A DNA stretch of 60,819 nt, filler included, from Sphacelaria rigidula (GCA_964200075.2; 10 parts of 10 records of this genome joined end to end with filler, not necessarily neighbours in it); one strand, 5' to 3'; counted from the whole stretch's first letter, positions 36,023 to 48,779 are shown. Notes: generated by a model from the letters alone, not told the origin. Numbers and translations: made by a program.

Positions 36023-36337
36023 CGTCTTGACCATATCCTTCTTCTTCATGGCCATTGGTCCGAGTCCCCACCGCTTGGGGTACGTGTCCCTCTCCATGAT
36101 AACTCTCTTGATCTTCGCCACCACACCGTGGTCGCAGGTCCCCATCACGGGCGATACCATCTGGGCAACGCCGACGGCAATAGCCTCTCCCTTGGTCGTA
36201 AGCATCACGACTTCTTCGTTCAGCTCTATCCCGTCGGCGAAGCGCAGCAGCCCGGGGAGCATCAGCTTCGCGCCGTAGCAGATGGCGTTGACCGCGCTGT
36301 CCTTCACCACTAATCGCTTGTACGTCAGCAGGAGCAC
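36023..36337 (-). CDS. CBF5: Dyskerin/CBF5 (H/ACA snoRNP pseudouridine synthase) PUA-domain exon
   Basis: 315-nt phase 0-0 exon: [27 protein letters not shown]...TTKGEAIA...[28 protein letters not shown], diagnostic for dyskerin/CBF5/NAP57. 5' exons lie beyond the contig end. Confidence 0.97.
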
Positions 36338-36552
36338 CTTTCCAGTGTATTCGTGTGAGGGGCGGGCAGGGGAGGTGGGGGGGGGGGGGGGGGAGACTCG
36401 TATCTTTTTACTCCCAAGCCAAAAAAACTTTCCCCTTTCATCACTCGAAGCCNNNNNNNNNNNNNNNNNNNNNNNNNNNNNNNNNNNNNNNNNNNNTTAA
36501 TTAATTAANNNNNNNNNNNNNNNNNNNNNNNNNNNNNNNNNNNNNNNNNNNN

Positions 36553-39172
36553 TTCTGACACACTTATGAGCCTTTTTTTTCGTGCAACAAAATACCCCCC
36601 CCCTATCGTAGGATGACTCTCTGGTTGGAGTCCGCAGTCTGGGCCACGGATGGCTTCAACCGCTCCGCCACGATGGCCAACCCTGGGAGGATCCCGCCGT
36701 ACCAGGTCTTCGCCGGCCGTGCCCCTCCTCTTCAGATCGTTCCCTTCCTCCAACCTGGAATGATGAGGGTCACACGACGTTCCAATATGGACCCACAAGC
36801 CGTCAAGTGCTACTATCTCAACAACGGGTGCAACCACTCATCCTCAACAGTCAAGGTCATCAAAGCCTCCACCGGCGCCGTCTGCTATACCAATAACGTG
36901 GTCTGGACAGTGCCCCGCTTACCACTCCAACCATCAGCGGCGCTCGACGGAAGGGGGGGGGGACACGACAACACTGAGACTTCACCTTACGCCGCCGCCG
37001 CCAACTTGCCGCCGCCACACCACCATGCCCCGCAACCACATCACTCCGCACCTGCCGCCGCCGCCAAATTGCCGCCGCCACACCACCATGCCCCGCAACC
37101 ACATCACTCCGCACCTGTCGCCGCCGCCAACTTGCCGCCGCCACACAACCACGCTCCCTCACGACGACATAATCCCGACACCACCGTCGACCCGCCGCCG
37201 CCGCCGCGAAACCACGCCCACTCACAACCACAACAGCATGCCCCCGCCACCGCCGACCTGCCGCCGCGCCGACATCCTGCTCCACCACTACACCATACCG
37301 TACCCGTTGCCGCCGCGTACAATCCGCCGCTGCCGCGGAACCAAGCCATCTCACCACCGCAATCACAATCACACGCCGCCGCCGCCAACCTGCCGCCGCC
37401 GCCACACCGGACTAGTCCGCGATATTATTATCCCATCTCACCAAGACCACATCATGCTGCCCCATTGGGACGACATCATAAACCATTCTATCCCGTCCCG
37501 CCGCGACCTTTCAGTTCTTTTTCGCCGCGACCTTTTTATCCCATTCACATGCAACCGCGACATGCTGCGGCACCACCACCATCCGTCGCCACCCAACACA
37601 AACAAAACCAGCGCGACATACGGTCAACTCCACTACCCCAGCGACCTAATTCTGTGCACCGTCAACCAACTTCACCCCCGATTTTCAATGGCTCGTCGGC
37701 ACCATCATCTATTTCACAGGCTTTATCATCAACTCACCACCTACAAGACCCATCTCTATCACCGTTGCCCGACAAGGTGACGAAGGAACTTGATCTGAGT
37801 AGTGACCCTCGGCGACCGGGAAGGACCCGATCGGAGACGGCCCAGCATACAGCCAAGAGGAAGGAGGAAGACAGCATTGCACTTATTCATCACGAGAGGG
37901 ATCTTTTCACGCAGCTGGACAAATCATCCCTTTTATCCGCTCACCTGACGCGCTCCGCAGTAGAGGCCGGAAGGAAGCGGCAGGGCGCCGGGGCAGGGGG
38001 GCGCAAGAATTTGCAATATCGGACTGCGACTACGATGGCAACGCGCGAGGTCATCAGCATAGCAATGAAGGAGGAGCGTCCGCCGCATGAACCACCTAGA
38101 CTTCCCCACCGCCCAGTGAGAGAGTTGACCACACCAAAGACATACGCTGAAGCAACACGTCCGGAACAGGGAGGTATATGGGAGGATTCCATGGCGCGAG
38201 AGTTTCGAGGCCTGAAGGAAGCGGGAACCATGGATGCGGTAATATAGCAATCAGTAGATAATATTATTCCCGCGAAGTGGGTTTACAACTGGAAGGCAGA
38301 TGAGTTTGGGTGGCCAACAAAAGCGAAATCAAGACTGGTCGCGAGGGGCGATCGACAACGGGCAGACATTGACTCCGGTGAATTATATGCACCTACAGTA
38401 GCGGTTTCGAGTGTACGATTGTTGACAGCACTTGCTTGTGAGCAAAACCTTTCGTTGCGCCATTTTGACGTCGAGCAAGCGTTTGCCCAGTCAGCACTAA
38501 ACGAAGATGTGTTCATGCGTTTGCTTCATGGATGTGGTAATTTATCTGGTAAGCTGGTGATACTCAATAAATCACTTTATGGCCTCAAACAGGCTTCGAG
38601 ACAGTGCATCTCCATTTAGCAGGATGCCTTAAGAAATTAGGTTTTGATCAGTGTTTGGCGGATTCATGTGTGTTTCGACTGATGGAGGACAACCAAGCAA
38701 TGATCGCCCTGGTGGTACATGTTGATGATATATTTGCTTGGTTGCCGATGGGCGATCAGTGTCGGGTGAACTAGTTATGTGCGGGGGTGGATGTGTGTCA
38801 TGGTTCTCGAGGACGCAAAAATGTGTGACGTTGTCGACTTCTGAAGCAGAAGACGTTGCAATGACTGACTTGGTGAAGGAGGTGCTATTTTTGAGACAGG
38901 TGTGGGAATTCATGTTGCCTGGAGTTGGGGAGACTTGTATCCCAATGTTCGAGGACAACCAGGGTGCTATTCAAATGGCACAGAATCCCATATCAAACTC
39001 TAACTCTACGCACATAGATGTAAGATATCATTTTATCAGGGAATTAGTGGCAAAGGGGGATATTTCAATTACTCATGTCAGATCGGAGTACCAGCATGCC
39101 GATTTTTTGACGAAGGTTTTACCGGCAGAATGTTTTGAATTCCATCGTAACTATGTCATGAGTATATTTTGA
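36553..39172 (+). mobile_element. Ty1/Copia pol remnant (integrase C-terminus, long linker, RT, RNase H)
   Basis: LWLESAVWATDGFNRS..PY (integrase end); TPKTYAEA..WEDSMAREF; KWVYNWK..KAKSRLVARG; HFDVEQAF; KSLYGLKQASR; VHVDD, then a deletion to RNase H (SWFSRTQKCVTLSTSEAE, EDNQGAI, HIDVRYHFIRE, ADFLTK). Copia domain order; stops and frameshifts present. Confidence 0.95.
36990..37410 (+). repeat. 63-bp coding tandem repeats (Pro/His/Ala-rich) within the Copia ORF
   Basis: AAA(N/K)LPPPHHHAPQPHHSAP twice nearly perfectly, then about five degenerate units. Confidence 0.85.
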
Positions 39173-39443
39173 TTACCGTTGGGAGAAGAGTATATTTTTA
39201 CGGAAATGTTTTCGGAAAAATACGATCATGAGTGTTGATGCTTCATGCCCCCGAAAATGGTGAGATGATATGAGGTCAGGGGGGCATGTAATTCGGTAGG
39301 CGATGTGTATCGATGATTTTGGTTTTGATTGCTGAATCTTCCATGTATCACGGCATTCATGTTTTGAATTCGCCTGATGTCATGGGATGGAACTACGTTT
39401 TTTTTGTGAGGTAAAGGTAAGGCTCAGCCTCAGCGTGGGGGGC

Positions 39444-39969
39444 TAATTGAATATCGTCGAGCTGAACAATAGTGCATATGTACTTGGATTAATGCGGGTA
39501 CATGGGGTGCTGATTGATGAAGTATCCTGGGTATCGGATTGCGTACGTTGACGGATTATGTTATGACTGGGTTTGGAATAGTTGGGAGAGCTCGACAGGC
39601 AGTCTTGCCTACCTTAGTCAGTTGTGTTTAGGGTGCAATTTGGTCAGTGCGTTTTGGGGTTGAGTGAAGGTTATAAGAGATTTATACAAGAAGAAGGTAT
39701 ACACATTCCCCTATCCAGAGCGCGTCCCCTACGGGATCATCCCTTAATGAAATATAGGCTACAGCTGTGACTCGAGTCTGCGAGCTAATCGCCAGCGTGT
39801 TTTACTGCATACTTCACACCAAGGTCGCATTCCATTGGCGCTGGGTTCCGCTCGAAGTGTGCGCCTAATACTATCCTTTACCAGTTACTGTCACTGACTT
39901 GTGCGGCGACTACGCAGACCTCTATATTGTACTCAAGTAATATCCGAGATCCTCCGCATATTTTCAACC
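39444..39969 (+). mobile_element. 3' LTR of the Copia element (approximate ends)
   Basis: Preceded by PPT-like GTGGGGGG; begins ..TTGAATAT and ends ATATTTTCAAC (decayed terminal inverted repeat). Confidence 0.55.
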
Positions 39970-41102
39970 CTACTGTTGCGGTGCAATTCACAAGTCACTC
40001 TGTAGTGTCACGAGTGCAGCACGGCCACCTCCCCGGCAGAATGCCCTACCAACACGACCGTCTTCACGATCGTGCGTATTCGCATTGTGTTGTAGCGTAG
40101 CAGGCGATTGCAATCGGCATTCAACAACCAACACGCGTGTGGGCCCAAATCCAAACCCTCACCTGAGCTGAGAGTGGCATGGCGCAGTGCCTCCACGTGA
40201 AGCCTGTACGGCTTTTGAACGTCGTTGCTGTCGAGCCACTTGATTTAGCCCTCCACTGCACAGTTCAAAAATGTACTTGCCGTATGATCATTGCGATCGG
40301 CTGCACTCATCGAGCGCTGTTTTTCACAGCCAGCGCGCTATAGGTGATCGCGATGCCCTGGTGCGCCTTGAGGACGTTGGGTCTGATCGTGTTGCTGTGG
40401 TACACATGTACCCTGTCGTATGTCCACTGAACCAGACTCGGGTAGAGTAGGATGATTGCGGCCGCCATATATTCCTTGATAGTGGTGATGCTTGCTTGTG
40501 GATGAGCTGCTGTGGGCTGTGGTGTGCGTCGGCGGTTGTGAACGAGCGTGTGTGCGGCAAGCTGTAGTGGCTTACTTCATCGTACAGCGGATGACAGGAT
40601 TCAGATTTGAATCTTAGCTAAAAACGCCTCTCCAAGAACTCTGTGTGTTCTTTTTAGTTGCTGTAAGAAGTGGTCGAACAAAAATTACGTCACGTTCTTG
40701 TCTGGACAAAAAGTGGCAAAAAATATTTATTTTGAGGGTGATTTTTGTTTATTATAGGCAGCGGCCTAACAGGAGAAATTGATTCGAAAACGGTTCCAAC
40801 GGGGTCGGATTATACCCGAAACCGTAATGTTTCGGTGATGTGGAGTTTGGCGTCGTCTAATTTCCGCTCATGATACGCAGGCAAGACCCAGCGAGCCTCG
40901 TGACAATTTCCCTTATTATATCTGTTGTAGAAAAGCTCAGATCATCCTCAAACTTGGCAGTTCTGTAGGTATTGATACTCCAAATGGAAGAAATTGTGTT
41001 CTTGGCAAGCGGTCGAAGTTGCTCCGTTCTCTACCGGCTTCTGGGGGTCCCACTACAAAGACCCCCGAAAGGCGGTAGAGAATGAATCAAGAGAAACAAT
41101 AA

Positions 41103-42199
41103 TAGAGAGTTTCGGAAAACGTTTTTTCAAATCTTAGAGTCAAAGCGGAAGGAAAAATAGCCGGTAACGGTGCACTTTCAGCTATAAAGTTTTTCAGAGC
41201 GATACTTTCAGAGTCAGAGTGCCGCTGGTACCACTTCACTCTGAAAACCGCTGTTCCTCTTCAGAGCTAATAGCGGAACGAAGAAGAACCACGCCCACCT
41301 TCACCGCCATGGTCACGTCCAGTCCAAAGTCAAGACACCCTCACAAGCAAAGGGGGACATTCGTAATCCATCAAAACTGCTGTACTCATCACAATGGGCC
41401 ATTCACGAAGTAGAAAAGCTTGGCATGGGAATCAGAAGACCTCCCTGACGCCGCCATGGTATCAGCATTCGCCTGGTTGTGTTGCGTGAATATTTAAATG
41501 CTCGACGGGCACACGTTGCCCTTGGATCCAGTTCCTCACTCTCGCCAGCCTCAGCTGTAAGAAGACAGTGTGAACGATTCGTAGTCTACAAAGCACAAGC
41601 AGTACTACACCTGGCTACATTGACATTTCGTTAGAGGTCATGACTTCTTGCATCACACTTATGGGTGACATGCTGGGAAATCATCACGATGCGGCCTTGT
41701 CTGTTGTTCGAAAATACTGCCTACTACTGTACTGTTGTGCTGCTGTATTACTGTACGTCTGACTGTACGGCATCGCCGTAGTTCACCGTACCGCGATGTA
41801 CTGTTGTTGGGTTCTGCACTGCTCTATACTGCACAGGCTGTAGTTTACACTGTACAGCCCTACAGCACTACAGTACCCTGTGGTGCACCGTGGTGGATTG
41901 AAGTACGATAGGTGCAATGAAGCGAGGTGTACAGCACATACGGTGCCGCAGGGTATGGTACAGCAAATAATGCTGTCTTGACTGGTGCATTTTCTGACTT
42001 CACCTGACTGCACGCTGGGCGATCGCACATTTATTTGGCGGCACAACCTGCGGCCAGTCACTGCAGGAAAAAAAGTCCACATCAAGCCACGTCACATCAA
42101 CTTCCGCTATGAACTTTTTAGCGTCAACTCTGAAGTTTCAACGCTTCTACTCTGCGCTCTGACTCTATGATCAAAAACAAAATCTTCCGAAACTCTCTA
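41103..42199. mobile_element. ~1.1-kb non-autonomous TIR DNA transposon with TA ends
   Basis: TAGAGAGTTTCGGAA at 41103 and TTCCGAAACTCTCTA at 42185-42199; subterminal TTCAGAG/CTCTGA motifs at both ends; related copy at 17363-18176. Confidence 0.7.
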
Positions 42200-42644
42200 A
42201 TAACATGATGCGTCCCAGGATGGTCCAAGGAACACATGTACAATTTTTGGTGGAGAAAATCGAAAATCTCATACGATTTTTCCTCGCTTGACGTAAAATT
42301 CACCCCAAAATTTTTTTTATACTCAAACCAAGTAGTTAGGAGCTTGCACGTTTTAAGCTCACATCCTCGCACAAATGCGCAAATCTTCACGCATTTATTA
42401 GGAGTTAGACCCTGAAACTTTGCACATATGTGCTACGAATCATTGCGCAAGTTTCGATCACCAAGGGTTTTCAAATTTTTCAGGGTACTCCTCGGGAACG
42501 GTTTTTGAGGCGGGACTAGACGGGGCGGTACCGCAATATGACGGNNNNNNNNNNNNNNNNNNNNNNNNNNNNNNNNNNNNNNNNNNNNTTAATTAATTAA
42601 NNNNNNNNNNNNNNNNNNNNNNNNNNNNNNNNNNNNNNNNNNNN

Positions 42645-42820
42645 ATAAAAAGGAGGGTTAGCTTCTCTATTCCATGTCTATGTCCGGGCTGTGTTATAGT
42701 AGGTTCAATAAAAAGGAGGGTTAGCTTCTCTATTTCATGTCTGTGTCCGGGCTGTGTTCTAGTAGGTTAAATAAAAGGAGGGTAAGCTTCTCGATCTCAT
42801 GTCTATGTCCGGACTGTATC
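42645..42820. repeat. Minisatellite, ~63-bp unit, nearly 3 copies (cut by contig start)
   Basis: ATAAAAAGGAGGGTTAGCTTCTCTATT(C/T)CATGTCT(A/G)TGTCCGGGCTGTGTT.TAGTAGGTT.A repeated. Confidence 0.9.
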
Positions 42821-44140
42821 ATCGTCTCTGAGCAGGGGGGGGTAGATAATACTACGTATTCCAATGCAGTACTGTAGCTCCTAGATACTCCTCACCCGGC
42901 TGCCGCGCCTCGGTGGTGTAGTAATACTGTATTATACTGATTATACTGTACAGCTGATGGATTTGTAGTGGGGAAAAGGTGGGTTCGATTTCCTTCAACT
43001 GCGTGTCTAGTTTGGCTTTTTCTCTCACAAGTTCTACTTGTAGTATCTTACTTTCATGGTTGAAAGCGTCAGGACTTGAGTAGCAAAAAAAACACCAGTT
43101 AGGCTGAGTTCGTTAGTTTGTTAGACGACAGTCGACGCTGTGCGGGGGTGCTGATTCAATCCGCGACACCGTACCAAGATGTAAGGCGTGTACCATACCG
43201 AAAGAGGTGGATAGTAGATGGCTAGGAGTAGTAGTAGTATTGGTGATCGTAGTCGTCGTAGGAGTGTGGTCATGACAGTTGGGAACTAGTTTGGCTAATC
43301 AGTCAACTGGTTGCAGAATATTACAACCAGTTACAGTGACCAGTTAAAACTGGATACCTGGCGGCGAAGCCGCCCCGTGACTCCGCCAGCGTTGCCTGGT
43401 ACGGCAACGCGGCAGAGCCGCCTAATCGCCCCCCCCCGGCTGGTGAGGGGGCTCCGCCCGAGGCGCCGCCGGAGGCAAGAAAATTACGCCATTCGGCTTC
43501 ACATCTCTACGACATCGCGGTAAATTCTAGCGGATTAGCGCCAGCTGTCCGAGCACGTGATCAGTTCACGAAAGTATATATGCATGGGAAATAAAGAAAT
43601 GTCACTGAACTTTGCGACGTGAATTAAGAAACGAAGCGGTGAGACAGTAGTGCACCATACATGGCGTTCCGCGTCTACCACCCAAGCGCCAGGAACTACT
43701 AGTAGCACGACAACTTGGTAACATTTCACAGTGTGACTTCATCAGTTCACAACTCATCGACAAGAAGAGCACCCGTGCCTGAAGTTTGTGGGCTCCCCTA
43801 TCTGTGACATGTCGTCCTCGTTTCCTTCGTCGCTGCTGCTTCTACTACTCCTGCTTCTCATATTATAATACATTGTCTGCGATATTCATATCTACGTTTA
43901 GATATATGGGCTGTGCGGTCATGTCGCCTCTGTAACAGCATCCCCACAATCATTGTAGTACGACAATACTTCGGAAATATTGATATGAGTATGATACATA
44001 TTTACACAGAACGCTTTGGAGTATGACATATATGTCGGGTAAAATAACTGGTTCAATGGTTGCGAAACCGGTCAGCCAACCAGTTGTACCAGTTAACTGT
44101 AACTGACCAGTTAAACTGGCAGCCAGTTCACAACTCTAGT

Positions 44141-44159
44141 GGTAGTAGTAGTAGTAGCG

Positions 44160-44207
<48 letters not shown>
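44141..44207. repeat. (GTA)n microsatellite
   Basis: Direct reading. Confidence 0.95.
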
Positions 44208-44389
44208 CTCCTTTCGTTTCTTCTCGAGCTTTCTTCATTGAGTTCTCCGATTTGCGTATTCCCTGCGTCCTTCTTACGTTGGGATCATGCTGAGTTCGTA
44301 GCGTATCAACTACTGTAAAAATAACTCATTGTTCAATCAATCTATCGATCGCTCATGTGCGGCGTATATTTTGTTTTCCATTTTTTTAG

Positions 44390-44518
44390 GCGGTACTTGC
44401 GGAGCAACCCCTTCCGCCGGAGAACCGAGACTTCAAGCTGTCGTGGCTCAAGGCCGATAAAGAAGCCACCAACTCGGAATATGCCTTCAAGCTCGGGCTG
44501 AACTACTACAACAATTAG
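44390..44518 (+). CDS. Possible terminal exon of an unidentified gene
   Basis: Strong polypyrimidine tract + TAG acceptor; phase-0 frame AVLAEQPLPPENRDFKLSWLKADKEATNSEYAFKLGLNYYNN-stop with GC3-rich codons. Confidence 0.45.
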   Translation, partial: AVLAEQPLPPENRDFKLSWLKADKEATNSEYAFKLGLNYYNN

Positions 44519-44526
44519 TGTTTTTA

Positions 44527-44770
44527 GCGCCCCGGTGGTTCTAAATGAGGGCGGAACGTTGCAGGTTCGAACCCCGACTGTAATACGGTCTTCCAAGCAG
44601 GATATGTTTCTGCCGTCGAAATCGGGAGAACGTACGTGAGTAGCGAAGAACATTCGACCAGATTCGACGGGGTGCGGTAGTGCTTATCCACACCGTTGTA
44701 CCACTGTCAGCCAGGTACCGAGAGAGGGGTGCTTGCTTGAGAGTAAGGACGCGTCCTGAGAAAAGGAAGG
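44527..44770 (+). mobile_element. Diverged tRNA-derived SINE (family A-related)
   Basis: CGCCCCGGTGGTTC..GGTTCGAACCCC head; body ACGTGAGTA..GACGGGGTGCGG.AGTGCT..GTACCG..CTTGAGA..GAGAAAAGGAAGG parallels family A. A further head remnant lies at ~42905-42995. Confidence 0.6.
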
Positions 44771-46434
44771 AGTAGAAAGTATAATGCGACAGTCCCCCCC
44801 CCCCCCCCTCTCTCTCTCCCCGACCTTGCGACGACGGCATGCAATATAATGAGTACACCCCACTTTCTCCGGGAGGTTTTGGGGAGGTGAAGGACGTTTT
44901 GTGACACTTGTTTGAACGCGCAGCGACAGCGTTAGTTAGGGGGGCGAGCACTAGTCTGAACTTCGCACGGGAGCAACAGTTTGTCAAGGCAGGTGGTGCC
45001 CGTGTTTTTTTCTGCTCCATACGTCATGAAAGGGCGTAACTGTGCATCAACAGTGGCTGGCAAGGCGTTGGTCATATGCAGCAAGTATGCCAACACGTGA
45101 CAAGGTTGCAAGAGAAAACCGAGCTCGGAGCGCTTTTGGCGTCTACCTTGTGCACGTGGCCGTTATTATCGCTTCATGCAGCAGTGAAGGCATAATACAA
45201 CAGCATACAGACATCGGAACACCATTGCTTTTGTTTACTGCTTTAGCAGGCACTGGGGGAACCGCATCCTGAGTTATATAGCACGGCAGCTTGTACTGCG
45301 AACACGCGAAACGGCAGCTCTCTGCACTTTATACATACGCACCCCGGACTGACTGCGCGAGTACTGTTCGTTGCGTTGCCCTCGACAAGTGAAATAGCAG
45401 CCGTGGGCCACCCAATCTGGATGCCTCGGCTGTTGTCACGTAAGTCTACATCAATTCTACAGCCCGGCCAGGGCCGTATGGGGTCTGCCGTCGGAGGGGC
45501 TCCAGCGGACATGCCTTTGGGTTGCTCTGCGCTTGACAGTGCTGTTCGGCCCAGGTCGTGGTGCGCCCAGGTGTTTTTTTTTTTTTTTTTACTTCTCGGT
45601 CGCGAACGCCGAGATCCTCAGCCGAAATTAATTATTTCTCTGTCCATCCGTCCGTCATTACGGAGCTCCGAATCACGCACGTTTCTGTGCCGCATTGAGG
45701 CGAAGCCCCGCGGCGCGAAACAAGCATCCCATCGCCCATCTAACGTCTCTTTACGCGACCCCAAGAAGTTTCAACTCCTCGGGGTTGAGTTGTCGATTGA
45801 AAGGTCAGCTTAGTTCCTGCACATACAAGGGGTTCGGCGGCTTACGCCGCCAAGGTCAATGAGGTCGATAGCCGAGGTATATGAGAACCGGTCATCGTTG
45901 TTCGCGTCGCGTAGCGGCACAGGTCATACTTTTTAAGTGGAGCATTTTCCGCTGTGTGCGTATAGTGACACTTGCCCCGGGAGCAGGATATGAAGGAGGG
46001 GTTATTGATGTTTGATAATCCTACCTCCAGGAAGGGGTAAATGACAACCTCCACCGTCGGAGAAAACACACGGAGACACTATTTCACGTCATCCACCCAC
46101 AGCAACGAATAGGAAACATCGTCCACCGTCGACGAACGCATACCCGGGGACACTCGTACCGTTGGCCAAATATGATTGCGCTGCCCAATCACCCGAGGAC
46201 ACAAAGACTTGTGACGGACACACGCTATTGTTCGCAGCCATGAGTCCAGTTCTATTGCACCGCAAAAACGCCCATAACCGCAGCGACTGTCGACATTTCC
46301 AATCCCACACCACAACAATCAGGCAATGCCTGCTACGGTCGCCGCCAAACAACACGCCGATGCCCACAATGCCGTCGCTCTTGCTCCCTAAGAGTCATCT
46401 CGTGTAGTCGCCATTAAGCGTTGATATTTGCAGA

Positions 46435-48357
46435 TGGATGCAAAAAAACTTTGACACATCAAAACCATGCCTGCTGCTTATCATGAATACTTCGGCCAAT
46501 TTACTTCCGGGCTCACATCATTTATCCGTCGCACGATGAAAAACATCAAGAAACTAGCCGATGCCACGGGATTGCAACATTTCGTGAACTCCGACTGGAT
46601 TGATGGTTGGGGGACTCCCTTGCACAATGCGCTGCATCGTGCCATCAGCCGCCGTTCGCCCGATGTGGCCGTGTCGTTGACGTAGATCTTCGAAAGCTTC
46701 TTCGCCGCCTTGGATACGGATCGTGCCAACGGGACGAGAGCGCCGCTTCTGTTCCGTGGTTCGGAAAGGCGTACCATAAGTTATTTTGATACGAGTGACC
46801 AGGCCGGCGCAATCAAGCGTCTTAGTTCCTTTACGGTAGCGTCGAATGTTCCTTCCGCAGAATACCTGCGCGAATTCAAGCTTTTGGTTTCCAGCACCAC
46901 TGGCACTCGCCGCCAACACGGCCCAAGCGATGCCATGTATGTATCAAACGTATATTCGGAATAATATCGCGCAGCAGTTCCCTACGTCGATGCCGTCTTT
47001 GTTCTCTGGTGCCCTGACACACAAGGAGGTGCCTTACGCCTCTGTAGACGCAATGTGGAGTGCATCCGTAAATCAGGAAAGCAGTTTGACGCCCGCCATT
47101 CGTGGCTCCCCCTATTCTTCCGGGCCTTCGCAGTCCTATGCTGCCCCCTCCGCGAACACCCCTGGGGCTCGTGGACGACAACAGACTTCATCTCGTAGTA
47201 CATGGAAACCCGACTCTGTTGGAAGATCAATCATGGCAGGGAAGTGTGTGTGTCGTCCCTTCTGTTCTGGACGACGGTCTGCACCTTTCGGTATATGTGG
47301 GCGCACCAGCCGGTGTCACACAGGAGGAACGTCTACACATGAGCTTTTTCGTTTTTATTGTTTTTAGTACCCCCACCTTCCTTCTGCGGTGCTTGCCTGT
47401 ATTTGTAATCGCGAGAGGGGTTTCAGCAGTTCCTTTCCCTCGTCGACCGTTAAGTCGGATGTTGTGTACCCACGACGTAGCCCCTCTCCACTGTTGGGCG
47501 TGGTGTGAGAAAAAATCCCAAATCACTCCGAGATTTGAACCCACGACCCAACCGTCAGAAGGCTTCGAAGTCACCAACTGAGCCACCGGGGCGACCGGCC
47601 ATCTACACCTCGCAATATAATCGCAGTAACTTACTACCGGTACCGTTTTCTCGCCAGTAGAAAGGGTGAATAGTGCTGCCCACGATGTCAACTTTGTCGA
47701 AAACCACCGCCCTAGGGTACTGGCCGAAGCCGTAGTACTGGTAGTACTTGATGCGCACGACTCGGTCTTCGTCCGCCTCGAAGTAGCCCTAGTCCGTAGG
47801 AAATAGTTAAGAGTCCGAAGAATCTCTGTAAGGCAAGCTTCGACGCTTGGCCGTATTCTACAGAGACTTGGGATTATGTATACGTTGTTTCGACCACCGC
47901 CTTCATCACGGATGACCCACACTTGTGGACCCCCTTACTTTCGTCTTCGGCTCGCAAGGGCGCTTTCCGTCGCCACGCTTACACATGCATAAAGTGCAAT
48001 GGTCATGGTCACAGTATGCGTGACTGCGCTGGAGTTTGTACCAACACTTTTCAGCTCATAAACCCTGACTTACAGGACAGCGAACCAGCCTGGCGCCGAT
48101 GGCAAAAACCCATGCGCGATTACCGTACCCCTAATCGCACTTCTCGTCAATACTCCAACACAAGTGGCACCATTCGCTCAAATCGTGATCGCCGCTCCAT
48201 CCCCCATGACAGTTCTGGTTCTCGTCGGCAAGACAGCTCTTTCCGCCACCACCAAAATCCAACTGGCCGACACCAGCGCATGGGACCTCTTCGAGATAAC
48301 TCGAGCCCCAACGCCAGAAACCCTGGCTCATTCAGGACCGATCGTACTGATCCATGA
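46435..48357 (+). mobile_element. Degenerate gag/ORF1-like region with CCHC knuckle, interrupted by insertions
   Basis: Chain of broken ORFs over 46467-47330, resuming at 47923-48357 with CIKCNGHGHSMRDC (CX2CX4HX4C) and an Arg/Ser-rich tail. Confidence 0.6.
47343..47597 (-). mobile_element. tRNA-derived SINE (family B)
   Basis: Minus strand GGTCGCCCCGGTGGCTCAGTTGG (A-box) ... GGGTTCAAATC (B-box); ~170-bp body unrelated to family A; A-rich tail. Confidence 0.75.
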
Positions 48358-48779
48358 TGGGCCGACGCCGACGTTATAGAGTCTTCGGCGCCGCCGATAG
48401 CACACAAGAAGACCGCCACAACACACTCCGTGGGATGAGTGATGAAACTTTCTCCCTCCGTTCCCCCGGTATTATATAGGAATTCGAAAGACGGCCGTTC
48501 GTATCGACCTCGTCTTCATCCCTACAGACACACCGTAATAGAGTCATCCTACGATAGGGGGGGGGGTATTTGGTTGCACGAAAAAAATGGCTCATAAGTA
48601 TGGCAGCCATCCTTCCACACTTGCCGTGCGCTTGGANNNNNNNNNNNNNNNNNNNNNNNNNNNNNNNNNNNNNNNNNNNNTTAATTAATTAANNNNNNNN
48701 NNNNNNNNNNNNNNNNNNNNNNNNNNNNNNNNNNNNTCATACCATTCACCACATACATGCCGCCCTCTGGACACTGCAG

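Noticed and set aside
36860..37780. Overlapping alternative-frame and antisense ORFs
   Set aside because: Shadows of the GC-rich repeat tract in the Copia ORF.
40000..40600. Coding-like minus-strand stretch, possibly a transposase
   Set aside because: Multiple stops and no motif I can identify with confidence.
42645..42820. Repeat array as possible CRISPR
   Set aside because: Whole units repeat with no unique spacers, there are no cas genes, and the context is eukaryotic; it is a minisatellite.
44636..44703. Minus-strand exon-like stretch WYNGVDKHYRTPSNLVEC
   Set aside because: Lies within the antisense of a SINE body.
47520..47597. tRNA gene (also 1570-1636 and 44527-44580)
   Set aside because: A/B boxes are present but no convincing acceptor stem or cloverleaf, and each is attached to a repeated body; these are SINE heads.
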